A stretch of 64,000 bases of DNA from Octopus sinensis (lineage: Eukaryota), in NCBI RefSeq assembly GCF_006345805.1, contig NC_043019.1, positions 5,269,360-5,333,359 of the forward strand, in the 5' to 3' direction. A program made the translations under genes and the position numbers. Positions 11,731 through 23,999 of the stretch are shown here, in pieces (within the stretch, counting starts at the first letter, position 1; each line of letters opens with the position of its first letter). Under the pieces are notes generated by a model, which saw only the letters and a list, made by a program, of their open reading frames with translations, made no database searches and had not been told where the DNA came from.

Positions 11731-12875
11731 TAATTCTAGTATAATATGCACACAAATATGTATTTGAATATGGCAAAATGTAATAAACATTCTTGTGGAG
11801 CAAAAAGGTCCAACCTGGACCCTTTTGCCCCGGTGCTGGGGCAAAATGGACCATGTCTGATAAAAATTTCTTTTGCACATATCTATGTAAGATTTTTTTT
11901 CCTATTATTCATACTATACAGAAACATGTGAATGGCTATTCTCTATGCATATAAGATGTGTGCGTTTTTGATGGAAATATTGAACTTTTCCCATAGGGGA
12001 TCCGTTTTGCCCCTTCTTCCCCTACTGCTTGCTCTACATCTTAGAGTGTACTTCTTTCGGATTTATGTTTTTTAGAAACAATATATATATAATCAAAATA
12101 AGCAACAAGGATATCCAAGGTAGTACAATTGTTTCATGCTACTTCATTTTATTAAAAACTGTAAGTATTACATCAGTTTTAAAATGTCGAGCAATCTTCA
12201 GTCACAAATAGAATTTTTTAATTAAACAGACAATGCACATTTTTATACTCATTTCATTTGCCAACATTACAAAGAGGGTAGATATATAGACAGAGAGGTT
12301 AATTTCATCATTAAGAACATGGTGGTAGTATGTCCTTCTCCATCTGTAGATTTTTTATCACTGAGTTCACTTTGTTATTTAGATCTATCAGTGGGGAGGG
12401 GGTTTCTATATATATATATATATATATAATTACTTTAAGGGAGAAACTGAAAACAAGAATTAATGTTTAAGCATTACGAAGCTACTGAAAAAAACTCCAT
12501 AAATACATGCAATTGAAAGCGGGCTAGTGAGAAGATATTTCAAAAAGACTCCACATTAATTATGAATTAGCTAATTTCAAGATTAATATCTGAAATAGCT
12601 TAGCGGATATTTTCGCTTTGACCGGCAGATTTTAAAAATAAGTTCCTTGTAACTAAACACTTTTAAACTTCGTATACTGGTAGAATGTCTTTATAAAACA
12701 TCTTTTTCTCTTGGCTTTCTTGAGAAAATTCTGTAGTTTGTAAGCTATTTGTTGCATTTCTGCAATTTCAACCAATCAATGACGTCTGTTGAGGTGAATA
12801 CAATATCTCCAGATCTTTGTCAACAACAATTATTTGAGGTGAAATAAGTCTTGTTTCAACTTTCTCCCTTATATA

Positions 12876-13260
12876 TAGGCGCAGGAGTGGCTGTGTGGTA
12901 AGTAGCTTGCTAACCAACCACATGGTTCCGGGTTCAGTCCCACTGTGTGGCATCTTGGGCAAGTGTCTTCTGCTATAGCCCCGGGCCGACCAATGCCTTG
13001 TGAGTGGATTTGGTAGATGGAAATTGAAAGAAGACTGTCGTATATATGTATGTGTGTATTTGAGTGTCTGTGTTTGTCCCCCTAGCATTGCTTGGCAACC
13101 GATGCTGGTGTGTTTATGTCCCCGTCACTTAGCGGTTCGGCAAAAGAGACCGATAGAATAAGTACTGGGCTTACAAAGAATAAGTCCCGGGGTCGATTTG
13201 CTCGACTAAAGGCGGTGCTCCAGCATGGCCGCAGTCAAATGACTGAAACAAGTAAAAGAG
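12876..13260 (+). mobile_element. SINE family A
   Basis: Same structure. Confidence 0.85.
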
Positions 13261-13589
13261 TATATATATATATATATAATTATTTATTTAATATATAAAT
13301 TGCATATTCTCCTTCTTTGGATCGACCTGCCTCATGGTCACAGAGGAACTCTTTCAGCATGCTGATAAACATAGAGTAGATTTATTATCCTTTCTATCTA
13401 CCTACATTCCTCTTACTCCATCTTTTTCTAGTAGTCACTGAGATGAAACTAACTTCTAACTATTATACAGAATGGACTGAAGATCTACAGAAACAACTAT
13501 GCAAAGTTATTTTCTATTTTATAACAACTTATGTAATAATCATCTTAAATGGCCTTCTTTATAATCAGCTAATAATGTTCTTTAATCAA

Positions 13590-13900
13590 ATCACTGACTC
13601 CTTTACCTGCACTTCTAACAACATCATTTACTGCATCTCCTGCTCTTTCTGCCCTTCTCTGTACATTGGTCAAATAGGACACTGCTTGGCTGACTGGTTC
13701 ACAGAGCATCTCTGAGACATTAGGCTCAGCAATGACACCCCAGTCTTGCATCATTTCTGCTTTACCAGTCATTCATTATAACAACCATCTGTGTCTGGAT
13801 TGTCTTTGCACAGGGGCCATCTGGACTGCTGGCTTCGCCATGAACAGGAATTAATCTTCTCTCTTTACTCCTTTTGCACCACATGGACTCAACTCCTCTC
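13590..13900 (+). pseudogene. Penelope-like element GIY-YIG endonuclease remnant
   Basis: FTCTSNNIIYCISC..C..LYIGQ....L..RF.EHL pattern with stops. Confidence 0.8.
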
Positions 13901-14399
13901 CCCTCTTCATCTGATTCCCTTCCTCCCCTCTCTTCATCTGACACCTATTTCTTCTCTTTACTCCTACCCACCTCTCCTCTCTTGCTCTGACACCTACTTC
14001 CTCTCTTCACTCCTACCCACCTCTCTTCGTTGATACCCTCTCCATCCGCCCCAACCCACACTCACATCCCTACACCACACACCACATTACACCACTCTGC
14101 ACAAACTAACACTGACCACTTCCCAGCACCCACACCAACATCTGCACACCCACACATTACAAATGCATGCACTTACACATGCACACATCCACATGTCAAA
14201 GTCACTAGCCCCCATCCACACACACACACACACACTCTCTCACATGCACGTGCAGTTTTGTTTTGGGATCATCAGTACTTTATTATCTCCCCTTCTTCTT
14301 ACCTCTCCTGCCCAACTACCTTTTCCCAACCAGTCACCATGACTGATCGCTAAATCAGCAAGTTTTTTTCATTCTCTCTCTGTTTATTTCTTCGTGTTA

Positions 14400-14435
14400 C
14401 TTTCTGATGAAGAGCGTAGGCTTGAAATGTAAAAG
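14400..14435 (+). ncRNA. Minimal hammerhead ribozyme in Penelope-like terminal repeat
   Basis: CTTT CTGATGA A GAGC GTAG GCTT GAAA TGTA AAAG; stems I and II pair. Confidence 0.6.
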
Positions 14436-14477
14436 ACTTTCTCACTTTCCTGATCATCAAACTAATACACCTACTCT

Positions 14478-14856
14478 TTTAGTTGTTTCAATCATTTGAC
14501 TGCGGCCATGCTGGAGCACCGCCTTTAGTTGAGCAAATCGACCCCAGGACTTATTCTTTTGTAAGCCCAGTACTTATTCTATCGGTCTCTTTTGCCGAAC
14601 CGCTAAGTGACGGGAACGTAAACACACCAGCATCGGTTGTAAAGCAATGCTAGGGCGACAAACACAAACACACACACATATATATATATACATATATACG
14701 ACAGGCTTCTTTCCGTCTACCAAATCCACTCACAAGGCATTGGTCGGCCCGGGGCTATAGTAGAATACACTTGCCCAAGATGCCGCGCAGTGGGACTGAA
14801 CCCGGAACCATGTAGTTAGTTAGCAAGCTACTTACCACACAGCCACTCCTGCACCT
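14478..14856 (-). mobile_element. SINE family A
   Basis: Same structure; lies inside the Penelope-like terminal repeat. Confidence 0.85.
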
Positions 14857-15123
14857 ATAAATACCTATTTGTTGTTTATACACCTGTCTTCATCTTTTGC
14901 TTTTCTGTAAATTTTAGCTATATATATATATATATATATATGGGGGGAGAATTCACAAAAAAACAAAAGACAAAGACAAGTGGTATAGACAAAAAACATG
15001 TATTAGTATAACGCTGAGGAAGTGAACAAGTCTTTAATGTTTCGAGCCTATGCTCTTCTATAGAAAAAAACAAGGAGAGAAAATAAAGAATGCGTAGTGG
15101 CTAGCAATCTATGTATATATATA

Positions 15124-15355
15124 TATATATACCAATTAAGGACTGAACACGAAAAGGTGGACAGTCAACATGCTAGATATAGACGTCAAATCGCCATTCT
15201 CCACAAGGATTATGTTCTCAAATAAAAATAAAATTCAGCACGACCTAATATTTTTATTTGAGAACATAATCCTTGTGGAGAATGGCGATTTGACGTCTAT
15301 ATCTAGCATGTTGACTGTCCACCTTTTCGTGTTCAGTCCTTAATTGGTATATATA
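15124..15355. repeat. Perfect foldback, 107-bp arms, 18-nt loop
   Basis: 15124-15230 is the exact reverse complement of 15249-15355. Confidence 0.95.
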
Positions 15356-15537
15356 AATATTTTAATCTTCGAATTCTTTTTAATGTGCTAGACCACTGGT
15401 TTTAATTGACTTATATCAATTTCTACCCTTAATTTTTAAATATATATATATATATATATATAAAATGTGACCGCGTGTGTACCGTTGGCAATTTTTTTTC
15501 CTCTGTCTTCCCTTCTTTGGATCTTTCCTATTCCTAT

Positions 15538-15572
15538 GTTTCTGATGAAGAGCTCTGCTCGAAACGTTAAAC
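15538..15572 (+). ncRNA. Minimal type-I hammerhead ribozyme (Penelope-like)
   Basis: GTTT CTGATGA A GAGC TCT GCTC GAAA CGTT AAAC: intact core, stem I GTTT/AAAC, stem II GAGC/GCTC, loopless palindromic stem III. Confidence 0.7.
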
Positions 15573-15776
15573 CCTCCTGCTTTCCTTAGCGTCCAATAAC
15601 ACTATACTTGTTCTACGTCCTCGCGTTGTTGTGCTTTCATGTTTGGATTAACTATATATATATATAGGAGATGTACCTGCATAGCAAGTGATTTGATCTG
15701 AGATCGTGTGCTGAAACGAAAACAATTGCAGCATGGAAGGTGTTTATAAGCCATTTAAGAAACACACAAAAGCCGT

Positions 15777-16750
15777 TCGATTCACTTCAACATTTAAGTT
15801 TAATTTGTCAAAATATTTTCGTCACTTTAAGACCGCGACCTGCTCACTGACAAAAATCCGTGCTGCATCTGAGAAAGTAACAATTAGTTTGTTATATATA
15901 TGTACGTATGTATGTATGTATGCATGCAGTATGTATGTACGTATGTACGCATGTGTGTATATGCACGCACACACTATAAACTTAAAGCTATAAACCTGTA
16001 GTAATGGATAGGTGTAGACTGACCACTCATCACAACAATATCAAATTTCAACCTCCCCTGCCAAAACTAGGAAGTGATTTACAACCCTTATGCCCACAGC
16101 AAAACTCTAAAACCTATTATCAGCCACATATCTCTATATCTCAAAACTTTTGTTTTTCTTTCCTTTCATTTAGTTAGTTCAAGTTATATATATATATATA
16201 TATATATACGTATATATACGATTCACTTCAACATTTAAGTTTAATTTGTCAAAATATTTTCATCGCTTTAAGACCGTGACCTGCTCACTGACAAAAATCC
16301 GTGCTGCATCTGAGAAAGTAACAGTTAGTTCGTTATATATATGTACGTATGTATGTATGTATGCATGCAGTATGTATGTACGTATGTACGCATGTGTGTA
16401 TATGCACGCACACACTATAAACTTAAAGCTATAAACCTGTAGTAATGGATAGGTGTAGACTGACCACTCATCACAACAATATCAAATTTCAACCTCCCCT
16501 GCCAAAACTAGGAAGTGATTTACAACCCTTATGCCCACAGCAAAACTCTAAAACCTATTATCAGCCACATATCTCTATATCTCAAAACTTTTGTTTTTCT
16601 TTCCTTTCATTTAGTTAGTTCAAGTTATATATATATATATATATATATATACGTATATATACGATTCACTTCAACATTTAAGTTTAATTTGTCAAAATAT
16701 TTTCGTCGCTTTAAGACCGTGACCCGGTCACTGACAAAAATCCACGCTAT
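15777..16750. repeat. About 440-bp tandem duplication plus partial third copy
   Basis: GATTCACTTCAACATTTAAG restarts at about 15779, 16220 and 16664; units near-identical. Confidence 0.9.
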
Positions 16751-16854
16751 ATACAAAGAGAGAAAACCAGCCGGAGACTTTATCACTTTTGTGTGTTCCG
16801 GGCAGCAGGAAAGAGGTAGATTTACTATGGTGTCAAGGATTCTTCTTCATTCCA

Positions 16855-17100
16855 GTTATGAAGAAACCAGATATTATCATACTGTGTGAGGTAAAGAAAG
16901 TGATAAATCTGTTTGAGATGACAATTGGCCATGAAGATAGTAAGAGTGCTGCTCAGACTTGAATGATTGACTGTTATGAACGTCTTAAGAAATACAAAAA
17001 CACAGGCTGGAAAGTAGAACTTTATCCAATTAAATTTGGGTGCAGAGGATTCATTGGAAACGGTAAGGAGCAATGGCTAGAGTTGCTGCTAGGCCTAACT
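16855..17100 (+). pseudogene. RLE-type (HERO/NeSL-like) non-LTR retrotransposon endonuclease remnant
   Basis: KPDII...LFEMTI.HE...KY...GWKVELYPIKFGCRGFIG. Confidence 0.7.
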
Positions 17101-17152
17101 CAACATAAAGCAAATACTTTTATCTGCAATATCCATGCTACAACAGTGTCAA

Positions 17153-17530
17153 GTGGAGGCGCAATGGCCCAATGGTTAGGGCAGCGGACTCGCGGTCGGA
17201 GGATCACAGTTTCGATTCTCAGACCGGGTGTTGTGTGTGTTTATTGAGCGAAAATACCTAAAGCTCCACGAGGCTCTGGCAGGGGGTAGTGGCGACCCTT
17301 GTTGTACTCTTTCACTCCAACTTTCTCTCACTCTTTCTTCCTGTTTCTTGTCCCCAACTTCCTACGCAACCGCTGAGCCTGGATGCGTATTCATCCATCC
17401 ATCGATGCTCTCGGTGTCGGGGGTTGACCTGCTTCCTCTTCTGCGGGTCTTACGAATAGCAAAAGGACCACGTTTCGGACTTCTCCCACTCCGGGACGAA
17501 GACCGCTTCACTCAACAGCAACAACAGGGT
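17153..17530 (+). mobile_element. tRNA-derived SINE (family D; head GGCGCAATGGCCCAATGGTTAGGGCAGCGGACTCGCG)
   Basis: A/B-box-like tRNA head; relatives at 31233-31545 (+), 44510-44862 (-), 3215-3385 (-). Confidence 0.75.
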
Positions 17531-18499
17531 CAGTTAAAAGGAGACAATGAGCAATGGTTAGAAGAATATTGAGTGAAACCAAGTTACCAGTTGATCTAGC
17601 CAGTGGGGTTTCAACTCAACAAGTGGGGCTAGTGGGCAAAAATGTCATTGAGAGGAAGACCCCAAAATGGCATGCATTCTCTCTTGATGAGCCCTATAAA
17701 CTAGTTAGTGTACAGTATATAGGGCTTTAGACTAGCAGCACTTGTATCTGCAAGTTGTTTGCAAATAATAATAGTTGTAGGCCAGAGTATGTGGTAAGAA
17801 ACTCGCTTCCCAATCACATGGTTCCAGGTTCAGTCTCACTGCTTGGTACCTTGGGCAAGTGCCGTGAGATTGATGGAATATGTACTAGACTTGAAGGCGG
17901 CGAGCTGGCAGAAACGTTAGCACACCAGGCGAAATTCCTAGCGGTATTTCGTCTGCCGTTACATTCTGAGTTCAAATTCCACTGAGGTCGACTTTGCCTT
18001 TCATCCTTTCGGGGTCGATAAATTAAGTACCAGTTGTGCACTGGGGTTGATACAATCGACTTAATCATTTGGCTGTCCTTGTTTGTCCCCTCTATGTTTA
18101 GCCCCTTGTGGGTAATAAAGAAATAAGAATATGTGCTAGACTTATGAAGAATAAGTCCTGGGTCGATTCATTCGATTAAAGGCAGTGCTCCAGCATGGCT
18201 GCAGTCAAATGACTGAAACCAGTAAAAGAATATATCCTCAGGCCAACCAAATCCTTGTGAGTGGATTTGGTAAATGGAAACTAAGTCACTTATACTAATT
18301 TGATACAGCATTCTCCATTTCGTTTGCTCAAAGGTCTTGTGAACTATATTGTTTGCCGAGGGGTTACTTTTCAGCTTGACCTGCATATAAGCTGCATAAA
18401 CACATGTTCAAAAATTTATAGTTTTAAAGATGTTCATCAAAATTTGAAGAAAATAAAGTGATGTCAAGCAGTTAAAATAATCAAGTTTTGATTTTTGAA

Positions 18500-18848
18500 G
18501 GTCTGTGGCCAAGGACTCCAAATTTGCCATCAAGATGTAGGACAAGATACTGTGATAGCCTGGGCTTCTGAGGCCCACAGCTCTTCAATATCCTTCCGAA
18601 GAACCTAAGAGACCTGCAAGGGGTGGATGCAGATGTCTTTAAAATGAAACTGGATCTCTTCCTGTCAGGTGTCCCAGATGAACCAACTTCACGGCAGGAG
18701 GTGCAGATGAGGGCAGCTGCATCGAACTCTCTCATGCACCAAATGGCAATTGCTAAAAAGCATTCGTGAAGTAAAATCATGTAGCAACACCAAATGGCAG
18801 TGCCCCAGCATGGGCACAGCTTGTGAGCTGAAACTAAATAAAAAAAAA
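18500..18848 (+). mobile_element. CR1/L2-group LINE 3' end
   Basis: GPQLFNILPKNLR...FKMKLDLFL..VPDEP...SNSL; A-rich tail. Confidence 0.8.
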
Positions 18849-20827
18849 ATAATTGTAGTTAGAGGTATTTAGCTCATGATAAGGTTTGTGGTACAATTCT
18901 TGGAGTAGGTGAAGTGTTGTGTCCTTGAGCAACTATTTCATTTTACATGGCTCCACTCTAATCAGCTGTAAATAATTGCTAGCCAAATGCTGGTGCAGCT
19001 CTCTCTCTTTCTATTTGTCACAACTTGGAAGTTCTACTGGCTGAGAGATTGTCAAGCCCTGCTCACAGCTCCATTAACACCTATAACAATGAGCAAAAAT
19101 AGGGTCTAATGACCAACCTGTCAGTGTATCTAGGACCATGTCCTTTTTGTTTTTGAAAGCTGATGTAGTGGAATTTGTCCCCTCTATGCTTAGTCCCTTG
19201 TGGGTAATAAAGAAATAAGTGTTGGACAAAATACATCGTGATATATGTCTTTTGACTTTCATTGTGTTCAATTTGGCTTTTCATTCCTCCAAGGTCAATA
19301 GAATGCTGTGTCATGTACTGGGGTTGATATTGACACACTCCCTACCCTTAAAATACTGTCTACTTATGAAACTAAACCTACCTACCTACTTTGCATCCCT
19401 CTGTGATCAGTATAGTATCAATCATCCCTTAAGAGTCCATAGATATGTGAGTAAAATTACTAATAGAGAAACGAAAACCACTGAGCCATGTGCCTTCACT
19501 AAATTAAAATATATAGAGTTACTCTTTCTTTATGATATTAGCAATAGTTCACTTTGACCACCTTGTCAGTCTGGATAGGTATGTCATACCTGTATCAATT
19601 AGTTTCCTTATTCAATTGTGGGTCCCTTTCACTTAATAGATGTGGCTGCCCACTCAGTCCTATCTGTAGACTGTCTTTGTTAAATTACATAGTAATATCA
19701 AGCTGATATTACTTAATGACAACAGTATGGATCTTGAGCCTTTCTTAGGATTCTGATTTTGGTGGGAGGAAGTTGGGAGTTACTCCCAGACCAGAGACAT
19801 ATTCCAAATATTTGCCACAATTGGTATTAATTAACTTCTTATGTTGAAATCCCTTATGTGGTTAGACAGTGATCTTATGCAATTGAAATCAAACCTTCTG
19901 TTTCACTTTTACGCCAGAGACTTCCAGCCATTGTCGGTTTCCATGCTGACTTATTTTCTTATTTCTTTACTAGCACTATGACCCGGCTGTATATGTGTGC
20001 ACACATATACAGCTGCGTGCATGCACACATACACGTGAGTACTGTCCAAATCTCCGATCAACCACATACAGCTAGCTGGCATTCAATTGGCGTATCAAGT
20101 TTCAGGCATTTTGATTGGGTTTTGGAGAGAGAATTCACAAAAAAGTCACTTCTATTGATTTTTAATGGCTTTGCGGGGTGACTGGTGAAATGTAAAGATG
20201 TGCACGACCACCCTTGGACGGTTTTGAATGACCATAGAAAGTGTGAGCCCTCTAACTGAAAAATTATGGATTTGTATAAAGGACATGCACACACACATAG
20301 ACATTTTGCCATTTATATATATAGATTGCCCACAAGGGGCTAAACATAAAGGGGACAAACAAGAACAGACAAAGGGGTTAAGTCAACTACATCGACCCCA
20401 GTACATAACTGGTACTTAATTTATTGACCCAGAAAGGATGAAAGGCAAAGTCAACCTCAGGGGAATATGAACTCAGAACATAACGGCAAACGTAATACTG
20501 ATAAGCATTTCACCCAGCGTGCTAACGTTTCTGCCAGCTTGCCACCTTATAATGCTGACTTATTTTCTGTCAAGTTTTGCAGGGTTTTCTGTATTTTCTG
20601 AGTTACGTTTTCATTTTATTCGTTTTAAGCTGTTCTGTTGTTTTGTCCAATCCAACCGTTTCTCGTGTCTTTTCCTTTTTGTACAGTCATACACATTCGC
20701 ATGCGGTTTGAAGACAGATACTGGTACATCTCTGACCAAGGAAAATCTTACAAAATTCTACAACTTATAGACATATATAATACTTTTTCATTCAACATAG
20801 GCTCGTTCACATGGGGTCGGATACTGC

Positions 20828-21216
20828 GGATATTTTCGGTTTGAACGGCAGTTTTTTCTAGCGGTGTCATATGAAATTGTCACCCATAATTATGACCCTA
20901 GTATCGATCTATTGCATTTCAATCTCTTTTAGGGTTAGGGTTAGGAGTGGGGGGAAGGGTATCTTTTTTTCTTCACAAATGTAAATAAACCCAATCTGTT
21001 TCTTAAACGAGGGACATATTCATACGGCACAGAATGTTTTTTTTTACCTCAATAGACGTCATTGATTGGTTGAAATTGCAGAAATTGAAGGAAAAAAACA
21101 ACAAATATCTTACAAACTAATGAATTTTCTCAATAAAGCCAAGAGAAAAAGATGTTTTATAAACACATTCTACCTAGAAATTATGTTAAAAATTGCCGTT
21201 CCAACAGAAAAGATCC
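20828..21216. mobile_element. GGATC MITE, opposite orientation, TSD GATACTGC
   Basis: TIRs plus exact 8-bp TSD. Confidence 0.85.
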
Positions 21217-22439
21217 GATACTGCAATGTATAATATAGCAGATAACCTGTTGTATTACCAACTGTGGCCGACAGTCTGCAAAGATGAACCATCATTGCTG
21301 TAACAAAGACAAATCACTCAGTGGTTTGTTAAAGGTAAAGGGAGATAAATCGGTTATTGTAAACATAGAAGTGGGCTAGATATCCCCTTGTAACAGGTTT
21401 CAGAACTTTTGTCCTTGGAGTCTTGTGAGGCCTTAAACCATAAAGTAGCTTGTATGTAGGATTTGCTGTTAGAAATATTTGGATCTTTTCGATTTGAACG
21501 ACAGTTTTTAACATAATTTCAGGCGGTACTGGCAATGACCTCGCTCGAATCTTTTTACACGTGCCACCGACACAGGTGCCAGTGAAGCGATGTTGGTAAC
21601 GATCACGCTCGAATGGTGGCATTTTACATGCCACGGGTATGGAAGCCAGTTGGCTGCTCTGGCAACGATCACGCTCGGATGGTGCTCTTGGCACCCTACT
21701 AGCATGGGCATAAGCGCTAAACGGAAATGTGTTTATCTATATAACTATAGCTCTCTATATGCATATATATAGAGAACTACATGGTTTCGGGTTTAGTGGC
21801 ACTTTGGGTAGGTGTCTTCCGCTATAGCCCCGAGTCGACCGAAGCTTTGTCATTGAATTCGGTAGGTGGAAGTTACTGCCGTGTGTGTATGTGTGCGTAT
21901 AGCTGTTCAGTGCCTCTCCGAAAGAGAGAGAGGGATAGATAGAGTATGAAGAAACATTACAATGCTTGATATCAAATAATCAGTGTTGAACCAGTGACAC
22001 CAAAATGACTGATGCCAAAACATCTCAAAGCCAGCTGACTTGACGTATAACAACAAACACAAATTTCCCAACATACAAGAGCAATCCTTTCTCATTCACC
22101 AACCCATCATCGTTATCTTGATAGCTGCAAAATCAATGAAAACGAAAAGAAAAAACTTCAGAGAATGAACAAAAGATTTTTACAGTAAAATATATATAGT
22201 CCTTTTAATTGTTTTTTTTTTTGGAAAAACCAGTGCAGTATGACCATTCTGGGGCAACACTTTCAAAGGGTCTAGTGGATTAAACTGACCCCCGGAACTT
22301 TGCTTTGATACCTTGTTCTTTCAACCTGGTAAGGAAGAAAGAAAATACTTGATCCAAACAGGATTGGATGTCAGATGGTAAAGGGATGTAATCAAATATC
22401 ACAAAGTATTTTGGCTGATGCTCTATCGATTTTACAACA

Positions 22440-22608
22440 CACATACATACATATAACTGTATGCATCATATGTATGTATGTATATATGTATGTATGTATG
22501 TATATGTGTGTGTGTGTGTGTGTATATATATGTGTGTGTATGTATATATATGTGTGTGTGTGTATATATGTATATATATATATGTGTGTGTGTATATATA
22601 TATGTATA

Positions 22609-22639
<31 letters not shown>

Positions 22640-22760
22640 GTGTATATGTATGCATATATATATATAAGTATATATGTATGTATGTATATAAGTATATATA
22701 TATATGTGTATATGTATGCATATATATATATATATATATGTGTATATGTATGTATGTATG

Positions 22761-22793
<33 letters not shown>

Positions 22794-22820
22794 ATGTATA
22801 TATATATGTGTGTGTGTAGT
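22440..22820. repeat. Compound (TA)/(TG) microsatellite
   Basis: Direct. Confidence 0.98.
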
Positions 22821-23552
22821 GTGCATATAAAAGGGCAGTGAAGAGAAGATTGATGAAAGTAAAGTGAAGGGCTACAGGAAATCCTAAAACAAATGCTGAT
22901 GTTTCTATGAAACAAAGCTAAGCAGTGCAAATAATTGCTTTACAAATATTACAGGTGTCTAATGTTAATGAGCACAGCCCCCCACCCCACACCCCGGTAG
23001 TAAATGGAGTAAGAAATTTCTGATAGAATAAGAAGTGAGGTATGTTCGCTGAACTAACATATATGGCAGTGCCAGAGACACAATGTGATGGATAGAAGAG
23101 CACAGCCACTGTAGTCAATAGAATGTTGCATTTGCCAGGTCAGTAAAGTGAAAACAGCCCTACATAACCAGGTGCCGATAGTGGGTCAGATGGTAGCAAC
23201 ATGAGTATTAAGAAGATTCAAAACGAACTTATATAATCAATATGTACAGTCGACAGATACTGATGAAGAGAGGTTGCTTTATAAATAGAGAAAAGAGATG
23301 GTGTTATTGCAAATTATAGTTCTGTTTGGTGTCAATCACTTTGTTATAGAAACATGCTTTTCTGGACATAAATTTGTGGTTGCAAAATGCTAAAATGGTC
23401 ACTGCACATAGTGATAATTAAAGTACTTCCTGCAGTTTTTGTTAAGAAAGGTTTATCTTCTTTATCGCCTGAGTTGGAACTGATTAAAAAAAAAGAGAAG
23501 AGAAAGAGAGAGAAAATAGAAAGAAAAGAAAATAAAAAGCACAAAGTCAATA

Positions 23553-23949
23553 TCAAAGATCAAAACTCATGTCAACATCTTCGTCTAAATAAATGATGGC
23601 GTCAGGTCGTTTCTCAGTTTTCTTTGACGGCTTTGACAGTTGATCTTGCATTGTGGAATCCTTGTCAGTTTTCTCCCCAGAACAATCAGTCATGCTTTGT
23701 TGTTCACTTTGATATTCTTTGTGACGTTTCAAGAGGTCAGACATGTCCAGATTAACCGGGTCGTTTGAAAGTTCGGAGCTGTTACTTTGTGAATAACTGT
23801 CTTTGGAATTACTGCTTGTGTCGTCACTGACAACGGCAGCCAGTCGGTCTTCCTTCTGTTCACCACCAACAGTTTCCATAGTAACATTACCAGTGGAATC
23901 CGTTTCGGCTTCCATTCTCTTCTTCAGTTTGTTCTTGAAACGTTTTGCC
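23553..23949 (-). CDS. PHAX: PHAX exon 5 (terminal; RAKRFKNKLKKRMEAE...DVDMSFDL*)
   Basis: Acceptor tttacag at 23950; in frame with ORF 23553..23915; total spliced CDS 1407 nt = 468 aa + stop. Confidence 0.85.
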
Positions 23950-23999
23950 CTGTAAATTCAGAAAAATTTATTTATTAAACGTTAACTGTTATATTTTGT

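Larger units (their letters stand above)
9374..12027 (+). mobile_element. Internally deleted pogo-like (psq-HTH...PHD) DNA transposon carrying a nested CR1 LINE and two SINEs
   Basis: Related termini AGGGGAA.CCGGGGCAA and TTGCCCCTTCTTCCCCTACTG; ATG 9928 MVRN, resumed after the LINE as YICKTGRGSW...; PHD-like C-x2-C...WVEC..C.EWVHE.C at about 10750-10850. Confidence 0.6.

Noticed and set aside
17153-17230. tRNA gene (also 31233, 56290, 61120)
   Set aside because: tRNA-like A/B boxes continue into SINE bodies, and there is no complete acceptor stem.
22375-22930. Long Y/I/C/V/H-rich ORFs (also 34093-34648, 48584-49113)
   Set aside because: These are translations of dinucleotide microsatellites.
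23258-23285. CTGATGAAG hammerhead-like start downstream of PHAX
   Set aside because: No stem II or GAAA follows.
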